From the IMG/VR virus record IMGVR_UViG_3300027996_003878: a stretch of DNA of 64,000 bases; one strand, 5' to 3'. This document shows positions 10,352 through 20,059 of the stretch, piece after piece; position 1 is the first letter of the stretch; the number at the start of each line of letters is the position of its first letter. The translations under genes and the position numbers were made by a program. Under the pieces are notes generated by a model that had not been told where the DNA came from, did not search any database, and saw nothing but the letters and a program-made list of their open reading frames with translations. The DNA comes from a virus (Duplodnaviria; Caudoviricetes).

Positions 10352-10488
10352 GAGAATGTAGTGAGATGTAGCAAAATAATCCAAAAAGCCCAGTTTTATT
10401 GAAAATTAACGAATAAAACCAATAACTTGTTAGTGTTTTGTCAATGTTCTGCAAAACCAATGACAAAGAGGAAAAAGAAACAACGATC

Positions 10489-10815
10489 TTACTTTTTTTT
10501 AAAAAAGTCTTTTTTCTCTCTAATTAAATTACTGAACTCAGAGTCAGGTATAAATTTGGTACTATTAAAGCTTTCAACATATTTTGCCTCATCTGAGAAT
10601 GGTAATTTTGCAGAATGTCCATGAAATACGTAATTAAATAATGTTCCAAAATTTTTTATGTATATAGCATTGTTATTCAATAATTCATTTTCTAAAAAAT
10701 TGGAAATTATTCTACAAGAATCAATCAAATATTTTTTTGGCACTTGGCCGTCCAACTTTTCGTATAGAATATTCACCAGCTTAGTTCTATTGATTCTCAA
10801 GATTCTCCTTTTCAA
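10489..10815 (-). CDS. HU/IHF-like DNA-binding protein
   Basis: NRTKLVNIL..., IYIKNFGTL, C-terminal KFIPDSEFSNLI. Confidence 0.75.
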   Translation of the reverse strand: MKRRILRINRTKLVNILYEKLDGQVPKKYLIDSCRIISNFLENELLNNNAIYIKNFGTLFNYVFHGHSAKLPFSDEAKYVESFNSTKFIPDSEFSNLIREKKDFFKKK

Positions 10816-10972
10816 TTAACTTCAATCTTGCATAAAGCTCTTCTCTAAGGGGGATGATTTTAGTATCAAGCGTGCGAACCTCCCTCATAAGTAGATCTTT
10901 TAATTTTCTTAATTTTTTTAATTCATGCTCTATATCTTCACATGTGCAATCTTCAATATTTTTAAATTTCAT
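10787..10972 (-). CDS. Small coiled-coil hypothetical protein
   Basis: 61-aa heptad-like ORF within the gene string. Confidence 0.55.
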   Translation of the reverse strand: MKFKNIEDCTCEDIEHELKKLRKLKDLLMREVRTLDTKIIPLREELYARLKLIEKENLENQ

Positions 10973-10984
10973 TTAATGAAATAT

Positions 10985-11467
10985 TTATGCCAATGGTCGT
11001 TTATCCCAATTTTCACCCTTAACAATCGGGCGGCTAACATTATCCTCAATGCGAGTTATTATACCATGCCTCCACAGCCACTTTATGGCGGTATAAGACA
11101 CCTTATTCTCCTTGACGCTAGTAACCTCATCCATAATATCTCTTGGGGTCACATAAGAAGGGTGCTTTTCTTCAATAAATGTACAAATTTTTGCACACAA
11201 ATTTCTCATATAATCATCAAGCTTATTTTCAGGAATATTAAAATCTAAAGCCGGAGATCTGCCCTCCTCGGCCCCTCTAGCCTTACCGCCTAAAGTTCTG
11301 ACAATTGAATTAAGCTTTAATTGACGATTTCGAAGCTTTTCTATTTCAAATATTTCATTATCAATATCTTTAATTTCTTTCTTAGCACACTCACAGATTT
11401 CATGCGGCGCTTTTTTACCAATACTAATACACTCATTCATATACTCTAAAAGAAAACTATCAGACAT
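10985..11467 (-). CDS. Hypothetical protein, coiled coil plus possible winged helix
   Basis: GGAG RBS; C-terminal TPRDIMDEV..AIKWLWRHGIITR is wHTH-like. Confidence 0.6.
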   Translation of the reverse strand: MSDSFLLEYMNECISIGKKAPHEICECAKKEIKDIDNEIFEIEKLRNRQLKLNSIVRTLGGKARGAEEGRSPALDFNIPENKLDDYMRNLCAKICTFIEEKHPSYVTPRDIMDEVTSVKENKVSYTAIKWLWRHGIITRIEDNVSRPIVKGENWDKRPLA

Positions 11468-11485
11468 TTTTCCTCCAAAAAAAAG

Positions 11486-11986
11486 TTAGCTCAACTCAGC
11501 AAGTTTAAAAATAGATTCATAAAGATAAGGACAATCGTTACAAGAAGACCATTCTATACCTAAATAATTAAACCTATCAATCACAGATAAAACATTAGCT
11601 TGCGTGAATGTATCAACATCAAACCACATTTCTTTATTTTCATCCAGAACGATGAATTTGTTATCTACAGACCCATCGGGTAGATTAAAATCACAACTCA
11701 AAGCCATTATTTTAGAATCATCCAAGCAAATCCCAAAAAGAAACTCGGAACTGTCATCAATAGATAAATCAACGAGACACCCATGAAATATAGAGTCCCC
11801 GAGATCTATCCTAGCTGTATAAACAGCATGAGCTACGTCACCAGAACCATCGTATGTTAATACCAACTCTTGGTTTGGCAACCGAAAAGTTGGATCAGCC
11901 AGCCCGCGACCACTAACCCCCTTAGCGCTAACCCCTACGCAATTTAAAATATGCTTAATTATTTCATTCTTTAAAAAATGATTCAT
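11486..11986 (-). CDS. Hypothetical protein
   Basis: 166-aa ORF overlapping the upstream stop (ATGA). Confidence 0.65.
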   Translation of the reverse strand: MNHFLKNEIIKHILNCVGVSAKGVSGRGLADPTFRLPNQELVLTYDGSGDVAHAVYTARIDLGDSIFHGCLVDLSIDDSSEFLFGICLDDSKIMALSCDFNLPDGSVDNKFIVLDENKEMWFDVDTFTQANVLSVIDRFNYLGIEWSSCNDCPYLYESIFKLAELS

Positions 11987-12309
11987 AACTTGATTTTGAA
12001 ATTAGCCAACAATGACTGGAGACTATCACTAACAATGCCAAATGAGCCCTTAAAACCTGAAAGGTTTTGTATTTTCGGAAGCTTATCTAACTCCTCTGAA
12101 ATAAAAGACTGATAGTCAAAATCATCCCCAGCCAGCTTCCGTCTTGCCAATTCCTGCATACATTCTAGAGCAAACTCTCGATTCATTCCTAATGATTTAT
12201 ATATTATCACTTGAGATGCTAAAAACTTAGAATCGCTCTCACTGATTCTTTTTATTGCATCTTCAATAGATTTTTTTAAAAAAGTACCCTCGGAGCTATC
12301 TTCATTCAT
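11983..12309 (-). CDS. Hypothetical protein
   Basis: 108-aa coupled ORF. Confidence 0.65.
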   Translation of the reverse strand: MNEDSSEGTFLKKSIEDAIKRISESDSKFLASQVIIYKSLGMNREFALECMQELARRKLAGDDFDYQSFISEELDKLPKIQNLSGFKGSFGIVSDSLQSLLANFKIKL

Positions 12310-12613
12310 TTAGTTTATCCATCAAACCTTTGTGCGGATCAAATTTTGCAAAAACTTGAACTTTATTACCAGTAACAAGAGGGCTTGATACATAAAAAGA
12401 GCCAAACCCACGCAATGAAACAACGTCACCCTTTAACATAGAAGTCCGTATTTCTTGAAAAAATGACCTTATAATAACCTTGCATAAATCCATAGAAATA
12501 TTAGAATTGGCATGTAACTTAAACACCAACTCATCAAGTCCGTCCAAAGTTACAGCTCTACCGTCATATATCGAGCCAATAAAATCATCAATATCTGGAT
12601 AAAATTCATTCAT
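12302..12613 (-). CDS. HU/IHF-like protein with short beta-arm
   Basis: LDELVFKL..ISMDLCKVIIRSFFQEIRTSMLKGDVVSLRGFGSF..KFDPHKGLMDKLN. Confidence 0.8.
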   Translation of the reverse strand: MNEFYPDIDDFIGSIYDGRAVTLDGLDELVFKLHANSNISMDLCKVIIRSFFQEIRTSMLKGDVVSLRGFGSFYVSSPLVTGNKVQVFAKFDPHKGLMDKLNE

Positions 12614-12744
12614 ATTAACGATATAATAAAACCTCGTAAATCATATATAACGTAAAAATGCTGAAAGTAATCAAAAAAATAAAGTACCGATACTTACAGC
12701 AAGGTGATTAATTAAAAATTAATCTTTTAATAAAGAGCAGAATT

Positions 12745-13671
12745 ATGGATATTGTTATTGAACGTGGCAAAGTTGTTGATATTGAAACTCTGCCAGAATT
12801 CTCTATTGCTCTTGACGGTTATGTTCAAGGCCCCAGAATCGATTCAAAACACAAAAGATATAGTTTCGATCATCACGGAGACTGCATTCGCTTTTGCACC
12901 ACTTCAGCCTGCATGCAAACTTGGACCGCAATACTCTTAGGTCTAAATCCCCAAGATTACACAGTATTTGCAAATGATATCGATGCTGATGTCTGCGTCA
13001 GCGTATGGTGCCTAAAAAACCCCGAAAGATGCACAGAGCCACTAGTGAAGAAGCTCGTAGATGCCGTTGGCATAGGCGACATGCACGGAGGGGCGCTAAC
13101 AAGTAATGGAATGACCAAAACGGTCGAATGGATTAGCGCTCCAGAAACTGATTCAAAAAGAAACAACGATTACCACAAGCTATCCAATGACGGCCTCGGT
13201 ACTATTATGGAGTCGGTTCTCCATCGAATTGACATGTACGTCAACGGAGAGGCTTCGGCAGAAATAGCAAAGCAGGCAAAGCACGGAGAGTATAAAATTC
13301 TCAGAAATGAAAATAACTGGGTCTTAGCAGAGTCTCAGGACCCTCATGCGCTATCTTCTCTTTATCAAGGTGGTTTTGATCGTATTTTGCTAACAAGGCC
13401 TCAAGAAGACGGCTCTATCGCCGTAACAATCGCAAAGAGGAGCGACTTTATAAGCAGCTTCCCAATAACTAAAATGTATGATGAGCTTAACAAATTAGAA
13501 GATGGCTGGGGAGGAAGCTCAATTATTGGTGGTGCGCCAAGAAATGATGATGGCTCAAGAACTAGATTATCTTTAGATAAGATTTGTGAAATAATTGATA
13601 ACTGCGTGCTCAATAAAAAAGTTCAAAGCGTAACAAAAAGATCTAAAAAAACAAGATCAAAAAAAAGCTAA
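12745..13671 (+). CDS. DHH-family phosphoesterase-like protein
   Basis: SFDHHG, NDIDADV, GDMHG; C-terminal GWGGSSIIGG (DHHA1-like). Confidence 0.65.
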   Translation: MDIVIERGKVVDIETLPEFSIALDGYVQGPRIDSKHKRYSFDHHGDCIRFCTTSACMQTWTAILLGLNPQDYTVFANDIDADVCVSVWCLKNPERCTEPLVKKLVDAVGIGDMHGGALTSNGMTKTVEWISAPETDSKRNNDYHKLSNDGLGTIMESVLHRIDMYVNGEASAEIAKQAKHGEYKILRNENNWVLAESQDPHALSSLYQGGFDRILLTRPQEDGSIAVTIAKRSDFISSFPITKMYDELNKLEDGWGGSSIIGGAPRNDDGSRTRLSLDKICEIIDNCVLNKKVQSVTKRSKKTRSKKS

Positions 13672-13675
13672 AGAA

Positions 13676-14335
13676 TTATATTAAAGTAGATTCTATACGA
13701 TTCTGATTAAAGATTTGAACACACAAGCGCCCAGTTTTCTCAGGCCGAGTATTTATATTACAAGAATATGAGTAATACTTTGGAAGGCCGTCAGAGTCAG
13801 AGCTACCTCCACTTACCACATAACCAAACCTGCCATCATAATAATGATGCCATGACTTAGAGCTTACCTCTGCCTCCTTGTCCGGCAAGATATCATTTAC
13901 AAAGCAAGAATCTATATCATTTGAAATATTGTACCAAGAAGAATTGGGCTTAATTCCCCCGTGAAGTACAGTCACGCTGTTAGTTGAATTAAATGAAAAC
14001 CCCACAACTAAAGGCTGTTTCTCCATCCAAAGAACAAGATCAGTTATTTCTCTTCTCTCCCTCGCCTTTCTAATGTGAGCCAATTCATTCACACCGCGAA
14101 CAAAAAATACTTTACCAGACTTTTGTAAATCAATTATTTTTTTATAAATAGAAATATCTTCAATAGTGTAATCTACACTGGAAGCATTTCCAACAAAGCA
14201 TATATAATTATCCCTCAACAAAGAATCTAAAGAACCCAACAAGCCCAGCTTTTTAAAAAAAAGCTGGGCTTGTCCATTTATATTACCAAAAACAATTAAC
14301 TTGCCATTATTTAAAATATCAACCTTACCAAGCAT
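13676..14335 (-). CDS. Second calcineurin-like protein with degenerate motifs
   Basis: IVFGNING / CFVGNAS / FVRGVNE / VLHGGI occupy the DxH / GD / GNHE / HGG positions. Confidence 0.7.
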   Translation of the reverse strand: MLGKVDILNNGKLIVFGNINGQAQLFFKKLGLLGSLDSLLRDNYICFVGNASSVDYTIEDISIYKKIIDLQKSGKVFFVRGVNELAHIRKARERREITDLVLWMEKQPLVVGFSFNSTNSVTVLHGGIKPNSSWYNISNDIDSCFVNDILPDKEAEVSSKSWHHYYDGRFGYVVSGGSSDSDGLPKYYSYSCNINTRPEKTGRLCVQIFNQNRIESTLI

Positions 14336-14338
14336 ACA

Positions 14339-15070
14339 TCAAAATTTATAAGGAGTTAAAAATCCAATTTCTTCGGTAAATTGCCTCGCCATTTTCTCTT
14401 CAAGACTTTGCGCCTTGTACCCAAGCTTATGGTACAATCCGTATTTATAACTAAGCGCATGATAAAGCTCATGAGCAAAAGCATGATGAAACTCATTCAC
14501 TCTAATTTTCGCCTTCCCAAACCGAATTACGGTGCGATGTTTATTCAACACGTCATTTCTTACATAAAGATGGCTTGATTGCCTAGAATAATAACCCCAA
14601 AGATTACCTTTACCCAACGATTTTGCCCTCTCACGAAAGCGATACTTATAATCGTTCAAATTTCTGGCAGATCGACCTCCATCATAACTAGCAAAGGGAA
14701 GAAGAGAGACATCTATTCTTGAAGGGAGTTCATATTTATATTTATTAGACGAAACTCTTTTAATATTCAATCTAACTTTGTATTTTTTGATAAAGTGGGC
14801 AACCACATAGTTACAAGTCGCATTTAACTCTTTAACACTATGATACGTTCTCTTTGAAATATTATACTCAATATTTGACGGACGCCACTCCACAATACGT
14901 ACATTCTTACACAAATATTTAAGTTTAATTGTTTTTCGCAAACGCTCCGATGGCATTGTCTCCTCCATACAGAAAGACTTTGACTTAAAAGTACAAGCAT
15001 CCAATGCAAAAGAGTTATTTGAAAAAGAAATAACACTCAAAGCTACAAATAAAAAATAAAAAATTCTCAT
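14339..15070 (-). CDS. Secreted putative zinc metallopeptidase
   Basis: Signal peptide (MRIFYFLFVALSVISFSNNSFA) and FAHELYHAL (HExxH). Confidence 0.6.
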   Translation of the reverse strand: MRIFYFLFVALSVISFSNNSFALDACTFKSKSFCMEETMPSERLRKTIKLKYLCKNVRIVEWRPSNIEYNISKRTYHSVKELNATCNYVVAHFIKKYKVRLNIKRVSSNKYKYELPSRIDVSLLPFASYDGGRSARNLNDYKYRFRERAKSLGKGNLWGYYSRQSSHLYVRNDVLNKHRTVIRFGKAKIRVNEFHHAFAHELYHALSYKYGLYHKLGYKAQSLEEKMARQFTEEIGFLTPYKF

Positions 15071-15117
15071 GAATATAATATAACTATTGTTATTTACATG
15101 TCAATATTAAATCGTTA

Positions 15118-15408
15118 CTAAATGGCTTTTTTTCTTTCTTTTTCAATCCGAGAGCTTTGCCAGTGCCAAATTGTTTTTTGTAGCTCCGAGTAAGAATTTA
15201 TATTTAAATTTGAAGAAAGAAAGCAAATAATCATAACAATTTCGCCATAAACTACTCCGATAGCCTCCTCAGACAACTCACCGCTGATAAGCTCACTGAT
15301 AAGATTGTTGAGCCTGGCCGCGCTATCCAGAAGTGATAGATTGTGCTTTTCAGCCTCACGCTCAGCTTCCTCCCACAAAACCTCAAAATGCTTCAAATTA
15401 GACCTCAC
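15118..15408 (-). CDS. Hypothetical protein, possibly MazG-like helical fold
   Basis: YGEIVMIICFLSSNLNINS loosely resembles MazG ELGDLL..LA..L.ID. Confidence 0.45.
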   Translation of the reverse strand: MRSNLKHFEVLWEEAEREAEKHNLSLLDSAARLNNLISELISGELSEEAIGVVYGEIVMIICFLSSNLNINSYSELQKTIWHWQSSRIEKERKKAI

Positions 15409-15414
15409 AAATAA

Positions 15415-15445
15415 AAAACCCTTGTTTTTTTATAACAAGGGTTTT
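15415..15445. terminator. Inverted repeat / terminator
   Basis: AAAACCCTTGTT-7 nt-AACAAGGGTTTT. Confidence 0.75.
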
Positions 15446-15472
15446 ATTTTTCTTTATTATTTATACGCCGCT

Positions 15473-16084
15473 TCACCTTGCAATGCTATAAACATAAGAT
15501 CCTCGTGTTCCATCGACAACAATATCACCACGCTTTTTCAATTGAAACAAATAACTATTAAGCATAGATCTTTTAATATCTACCTTTTGCTGTTTTAGGT
15601 AGGACTCAAGATCTCCAGCGGAGATGCCTTTATTATGACTGCCAATGGCGCTCAAAACAGCTGAAGTTTTTGTATTAGCACGTTTTTTAGACTTCGGCTT
15701 AGCCTTATTAACATGACTTTTTACCAACCCCTTAGTCTCTTGAGGGCGCTTATTTTCTTGAGGGCGCTTGCTAGCAGGAGCTGAATCAATATCAGATGAC
15801 TTTGATCGATTTTTTGACTTACGATTCAAGGACTTATTATTGTCACTAAAATTAAATGCGTCTACAACATTACGCAATTCATAATAACTTTTTTCAGCTT
15901 GAATCATTTTTCGCTGAAGATGCCCTTCAATCAAATTTCTAAACTTTTCATCATTCTGAATCATTTCATTCAAAAGAGCTACCTGGTTTTTGGTCAATTG
16001 CTTCATAGTTTTCCTTATCATTAAAAAGATTTTGGCCTTATTTAAAGGCCGCTTACAGAGAGTATAATAATAACAAAAATACAC
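15473..16084 (-). CDS. Basic DNA-binding protein with C-terminal winged helix
   Basis: Low-complexity K/S/R linker, then GISAGDLESYL..NSYLFQLKKRGDIVVDGTRGSYVYS. Confidence 0.6.
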   Translation of the reverse strand: MYFCYYYTLCKRPLNKAKIFLMIRKTMKQLTKNQVALLNEMIQNDEKFRNLIEGHLQRKMIQAEKSYYELRNVVDAFNFSDNNKSLNRKSKNRSKSSDIDSAPASKRPQENKRPQETKGLVKSHVNKAKPKSKKRANTKTSAVLSAIGSHNKGISAGDLESYLKQQKVDIKRSMLNSYLFQLKKRGDIVVDGTRGSYVYSIAR

Positions 16085-16112
16085 AAGTCAATAGCATTAC
16101 TTGTAAAAAAAT

Positions 16113-16141
16113 AAAAAAGCCTCAATAAAACATTGAGGCCT
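16113..16141 (-). terminator. Intrinsic terminator
   Basis: GCCTCAAT-5 nt-ATTGAGGC with a T-tract on the minus strand, after 16173-16715. Confidence 0.75.
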
Positions 16142-16172
16142 TTAAATTTATGATTTAAAATAAATAATACCT

Positions 16173-16715
16173 TTAGTAGTCCTTAGGGTAGTCTCTGAAA
16201 TTATTGAAGCTATCATTAAAGTCACGACCCGATTGGTAATCAAAACCATCAGATCCGCGATTATAATCACCACCTCGAACTACAACATCATAATTACTAC
16301 GATTATAATTTTGACGTGAACGATGAGGTCGGTTGTACTCCTTAATCGGACCTACAACCTGCAATTCCTCACAGCCATCCTTACTTGTGAAGATGATAAA
16401 GATCATTCCTTTGCTGCAATCAATTGCACCTCGAAACATCAACTTTCCAACATAAAACTTTTTCCCATACTTATCTTTTCTGGAGTCAAGGCTAACTCTA
16501 ACCCTATCATTTCTTTTCGAATATTTGGAGAATGTTGTATTATCATTATTTATAGTTGCAACCTGCAACTCCTCCTCACCATCTTCAGAAAGAAAAATCA
16601 AAAACGTCACACCGTCAGAGCAATTAATCGATCCAGGAAACTGAAGCTTCCCTAAATGAAACATACTACCGTTTTTATCTTCTCTTGGATGTAATTCTAC
16701 TTTCATATTAACCAT
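16173..16715 (-). CDS. Hypothetical protein with two internal repeats
   Basis: L..R.DK.G..F..GKL.F.G.I.CS.G..F.IF.S.DG.EELQV occurs twice; tail rich in R/G/D/Y/N. Confidence 0.7.
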   Translation of the reverse strand: MVNMKVELHPREDKNGSMFHLGKLQFPGSINCSDGVTFLIFLSEDGEEELQVATINNDNTTFSKYSKRNDRVRVSLDSRKDKYGKKFYVGKLMFRGAIDCSKGMIFIIFTSKDGCEELQVVGPIKEYNRPHRSRQNYNRSNYDVVVRGGDYNRGSDGFDYQSGRDFNDSFNNFRDYPKDY

Positions 16716-16792
16716 AATACCTATCCTATTTTTTTTAATTTAACTAATTGCCTAAATAATAATCCTTGCAACAAACAATCAAGGCTACGTAT

Positions 16793-16821
16793 ATAATAAC
16801 CTTAAAGGCATTCCTAGTCAA
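16793..16821 (-). promoter_or_regulatory. Sigma70-type promoter
   Basis: TTGACT-17 bp-TATTAT. Confidence 0.6.
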
Positions 16822-16948
16822 GTGCAGCGTAAACCCCTAGAATCATTGAAAAAAAATAAAGGTGTAATAAAAACATTGTAAGTTGCAATAAATCTTTATT
16901 TATAATTAAAATTATAATTAACAAAAATATATGAAATTATTAATATTT

Positions 16949-17752
16949 TTATTTTTCATTGAATAGATTTTTCGCTCTAAATACGTCATAACCATTAAGC
17001 AATATATTATATATAAAATCTTTGTCATCTAAAAAGACTGGTATGTCGCTATCAAGCGTCCATTTATTTTTTTTTAATTCCTTATTATTGTTATTGATTA
17101 ATGTTGGTACTTTATAAGCCGCTGTACCTCGAACAAAGCTAGTCGGGTATAAATTGTAAAAATTAATATCACAAATTTCAAACAACAAATCTATTTTTTC
17201 TTCAACTGTCTTTCCGCTAATTAATCTTTCAGCTTCATGTCTGCCATAAACATCTGATATGTAATAAAAGCAAGAGTCATAAATTATTGATCTAATAGAC
17301 TTCTGTTGCCTGTACATTAGATAATTGTAAACCTCAGCCAAAGACGGTAATGCAAATGCCTTTGAATAGAAGGCCACATCACCAGAATTACTTAAATCTG
17401 CCCTACACTTATTGAGTGACTTAATAAACCCTAGCGTAACCAAGCTTGCTGATATTGAAGATATTTTTTGAACGTTATTTTGATACCAAGAGTCATTGTC
17501 ATTTTTAATGATTAAATTAATCTCATCATAACATTGTAATACAAAAACTGCGCTTTGAACGTTAGTAGCCAAAAAAAGAGAAGCATCACCCATGCATTCC
17601 ATTAGAAATGCATCAAACGAGCCATATTCTAAATCAAATATCTTTTTTAAATTTCTTGCTTGTATTCTTATAGCTAAAGGTAGTCCGCTTGTAATTTTAT
17701 AATCATAACAGTCCTCATAAATTAACTGTCTTTTAGCTAGTGATAATGACAT
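16949..17752 (-). CDS. Thg1-like (tRNA-His guanylyltransferase family) protein, degenerate
   Basis: AIRIQARNL (cf. RLDGRxF), QCYDEINL (cf. QSDE), YLMYRQ, GKTVEEKIDLL, FVRGT. Confidence 0.8.
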   Translation of the reverse strand: MSLSLAKRQLIYEDCYDYKITSGLPLAIRIQARNLKKIFDLEYGSFDAFLMECMGDASLFLATNVQSAVFVLQCYDEINLIIKNDNDSWYQNNVQKISSISASLVTLGFIKSLNKCRADLSNSGDVAFYSKAFALPSLAEVYNYLMYRQQKSIRSIIYDSCFYYISDVYGRHEAERLISGKTVEEKIDLLFEICDINFYNLYPTSFVRGTAAYKVPTLINNNNKELKKNKWTLDSDIPVFLDDKDFIYNILLNGYDVFRAKNLFNEK

Positions 17753-17754
17753 TT

Positions 17755-18333
17755 TTAAAATTTAGAATCTAGTAATTTTATAAAAGAATTTATACTACCC
17801 AGCTTATTGACTGGGATGCTTATACCAAGATGACCTCCTGTTCTAGGAATCTCGATAATTTTTTCACAATAATCATTCCAAATCTTGCTATTTCGAGCGC
17901 ACCACCCTGCAATGTGAAAGTGGGGTTCAAAAAAACCATCATTAAACTTTGGCTCTTTCAAATGAATAAAAACCTGAATGTAAGCATCAATTTCTTTTGT
18001 AATTTCTTCCTTTTTTATAAAAAGGTTCAAATTATCACGGTAAGGATAATAGCTACTAGTTTTTATATTAATAAGCTTTGTTGCATTATTAACCTTTACT
18101 ACTAAATCTGATTCGTCGCCCGTCCCTACACAAAATTCAATGCTACACTTTTTATGCTGGCGACTTAAAATATCAAAGATTAGCAAGCTTCCAATCAAAT
18201 CTAAAAGATCACCCTCACCGCGCTCTTGATCTTGAGTCTCATTAAATCCAGAATACCTTTTATGCGGAGTATAATTTAAATAAGTATATTGAGCGTAGTC
18301 TAAAATTTGAGAAGGAATTATATTTTCATTCAT
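17755..18333 (-). CDS. Putative PD-(D/E)xK-fold nuclease-like protein
   Basis: GDESDLVV....INIKTS followed by a beta-rich core. Confidence 0.4.
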   Translation of the reverse strand: MNENIIPSQILDYAQYTYLNYTPHKRYSGFNETQDQERGEGDLLDLIGSLLIFDILSRQHKKCSIEFCVGTGDESDLVVKVNNATKLINIKTSSYYPYRDNLNLFIKKEEITKEIDAYIQVFIHLKEPKFNDGFFEPHFHIAGWCARNSKIWNDYCEKIIEIPRTGGHLGISIPVNKLGSINSFIKLLDSKF

Positions 18334-18395
18334 GATAAATAATTGTAAGTGAGAGCTTTAAACCCTCACTTATACAAAATAATTAAAATTAAAAT

Positions 18396-18641
18396 CTAAA
18401 CTTCAAAGTTTAGATTTATATCTAAATCGTTATTATCAACAGTTAACTTATCATTCAGAACAAACCATTGATCAAGATTACACCGCATAGCCATTACTGC
18501 TCTATCTGAGCAACGATACAATGTGTTATTAACCTCTGGTTCTTCGCTATGCAGAGCCTCTAGCGCGGAAAGTATATCGTAATGATGACTCAAAACTTCA
18601 CCAGAAAACGACTCAATCTCAAAATTAATCTTACTGCTCAT
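18396..18641 (-). CDS. Hypothetical protein
   Basis: 81-aa ORF with a GGAG RBS. Confidence 0.6.
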   Translation of the reverse strand: MSSKINFEIESFSGEVLSHHYDILSALEALHSEEPEVNNTLYRCSDRAVMAMRCNLDQWFVLNDKLTVDNNDLDINLNFEV

Positions 18642-18805
18642 TTAAACTCCCCGTTTATTCGCACACATCAGCGTTGATGAGACATCAACCCCTTTAAGGT
18701 TATACAAAGCAAGGAAAAAGTCAAACAAAAACGAACAAATCACAGCACAATGAACAGGTTATCAACAGCTTAAATTATACATAAACAAGAGATATATAAA
18801 AATAC

Positions 18806-19063
18806 ATGAGACTTAATGCATTATTTATGCTAACTATCTTGCTAAGCGGTTGCAACTTTGGTAATTTTCATCTTGAGTATATAGCAAATAGAAAATTCGA
18901 ATATTGTATACTGTTAGACATGGCGCAAAAAATAAATGATGGCGAAAAATTAGGTTGCTGGATAAAATGGCTATACTACAATTATGAGCATGCCAGCGAA
19001 GAAAGAAAAAAATATGGAGCAAAGAGGGTTAATGATATTTACTCCATAATTAAATTCAAATAG
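18806..19063 (+). CDS. Putative lipoprotein
   Basis: Lipobox-like ILLSGC after a hydrophobic N-terminus. Confidence 0.45.
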   Translation: MRLNALFMLTILLSGCNFGNFHLEYIANRKFEYCILLDMAQKINDGEKLGCWIKWLYYNYEHASEERKKYGAKRVNDIYSIIKFK

Positions 19064-19247
19064 ATCTAATTCTACCTGTAGCTATACCTTCTCCATTCAA
19101 GGTGTCAATAATATTATTGATAATAGCGCCGACAAGCAATAATTGCCCGGATAATTCATCACAATCAATTAAATTATCGTTCAAGTAGTCAATTTTAGAT
19201 TTTAAATCACCAAGCTCTTTAGCAATATTTTTTTTAGAGCCAAGCAT
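19056..19247 (-). CDS. Small hypothetical protein
   Basis: 63-aa ORF ending the minus-strand string. Confidence 0.5.
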   Translation of the reverse strand: MLGSKKNIAKELGDLKSKIDYLNDNLIDCDELSGQLLLVGAIINNIIDTLNGEGIATGRIRSI

Positions 19248-19251
19248 ATAA

Positions 19252-19662
19252 TTAATTGGTAAGATAATTTACCACAAGACTATGAATCGAGCTATCTACA
19301 TTTGACTTCCAGCTATCATCATTATTTTTTATTGACTCTCTAATTGCCGTGGCGGAGATAAAACCAATATCCGCCGGAGGCTTATGCTCAATCGTGCCGT
19401 AGCCTACGCCTCTCCCCCAATTGACGCTTTCTATGTCGGGGATGACCATTACCTCCACATCTTGATCTTTATAAACTTCTTTGATCATTTTCACAGTTTG
19501 ATCTGTGGTGAATGGGTTTTTCTCATCAGGAGGAATGTCTCGAACACAGATCAAAACAGGGGTTCCCTCATCAAGCTTTTGACTAATAAGCCACTTGTGG
19601 CCGTTATGCATCGGCTGCCATCTACCTATAAACATAGCTCTTTTCATATTAACCCTCATCAC
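19252..19662 (-). CDS. HxGH-class nucleotidyltransferase (cytidylyltransferase-like)
   Basis: FIGRWQPMHNGH and ISATAIR motifs. Confidence 0.85.
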   Translation of the reverse strand: MMRVNMKRAMFIGRWQPMHNGHKWLISQKLDEGTPVLICVRDIPPDEKNPFTTDQTVKMIKEVYKDQDVEVMVIPDIESVNWGRGVGYGTIEHKPPADIGFISATAIRESIKNNDDSWKSNVDSSIHSLVVNYLTN

Positions 19663-20008
19663 CTAATAATTGACTTTCAACTTGAGACCAGCTTTCAAAT
19701 CTCAAAGCATGATCATCAATATAATAACTAGCAGCTATCTTCGTATTTGTAACATCATCAAAATAAGAAGAAAGATTATATTTTTCCAACCAGGGAACAA
19801 TATACTTAACTGGCCTGCTTGACATAACGACCAAGCGGTAACCTTTACTCTTTAATTTTTTTAAAGAAGCCTCTACCCCCTCCATTGGAGGATCATAAGC
19901 ATTATCTAAACCTTGAAAGCCCCTGGAATATCGATGAATTACTCCATCAAAATCAATTGCAAGGGTTTTTCTTTTTTGCTCTAGTGGTATCTCTTTAATC
20001 TCAGACAT
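19649..20008 (-). CDS. HAD-family phosphatase
   Basis: LAIDFDGVIH, SSR, K..ASYYIDDHA. Confidence 0.85.
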   Translation of the reverse strand: MSEIKEIPLEQKRKTLAIDFDGVIHRYSRGFQGLDNAYDPPMEGVEASLKKLKSKGYRLVVMSSRPVKYIVPWLEKYNLSSYFDDVTNTKIAASYYIDDHALRFESWSQVESQLLGDEG

Positions 20009-20059
20009 AACAAATAACCAATGTCTAAAAACACATAAGAAAATTAATGTATCGACAAA

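Noticed and set aside
15738-15769. 14-bp direct repeat (TCTTGAGGGCGCTT x2, period 18)
   Set aside because: It is in-frame coding (KRPQEN/KRPQET) in a linker, so a simple intragenic duplication.
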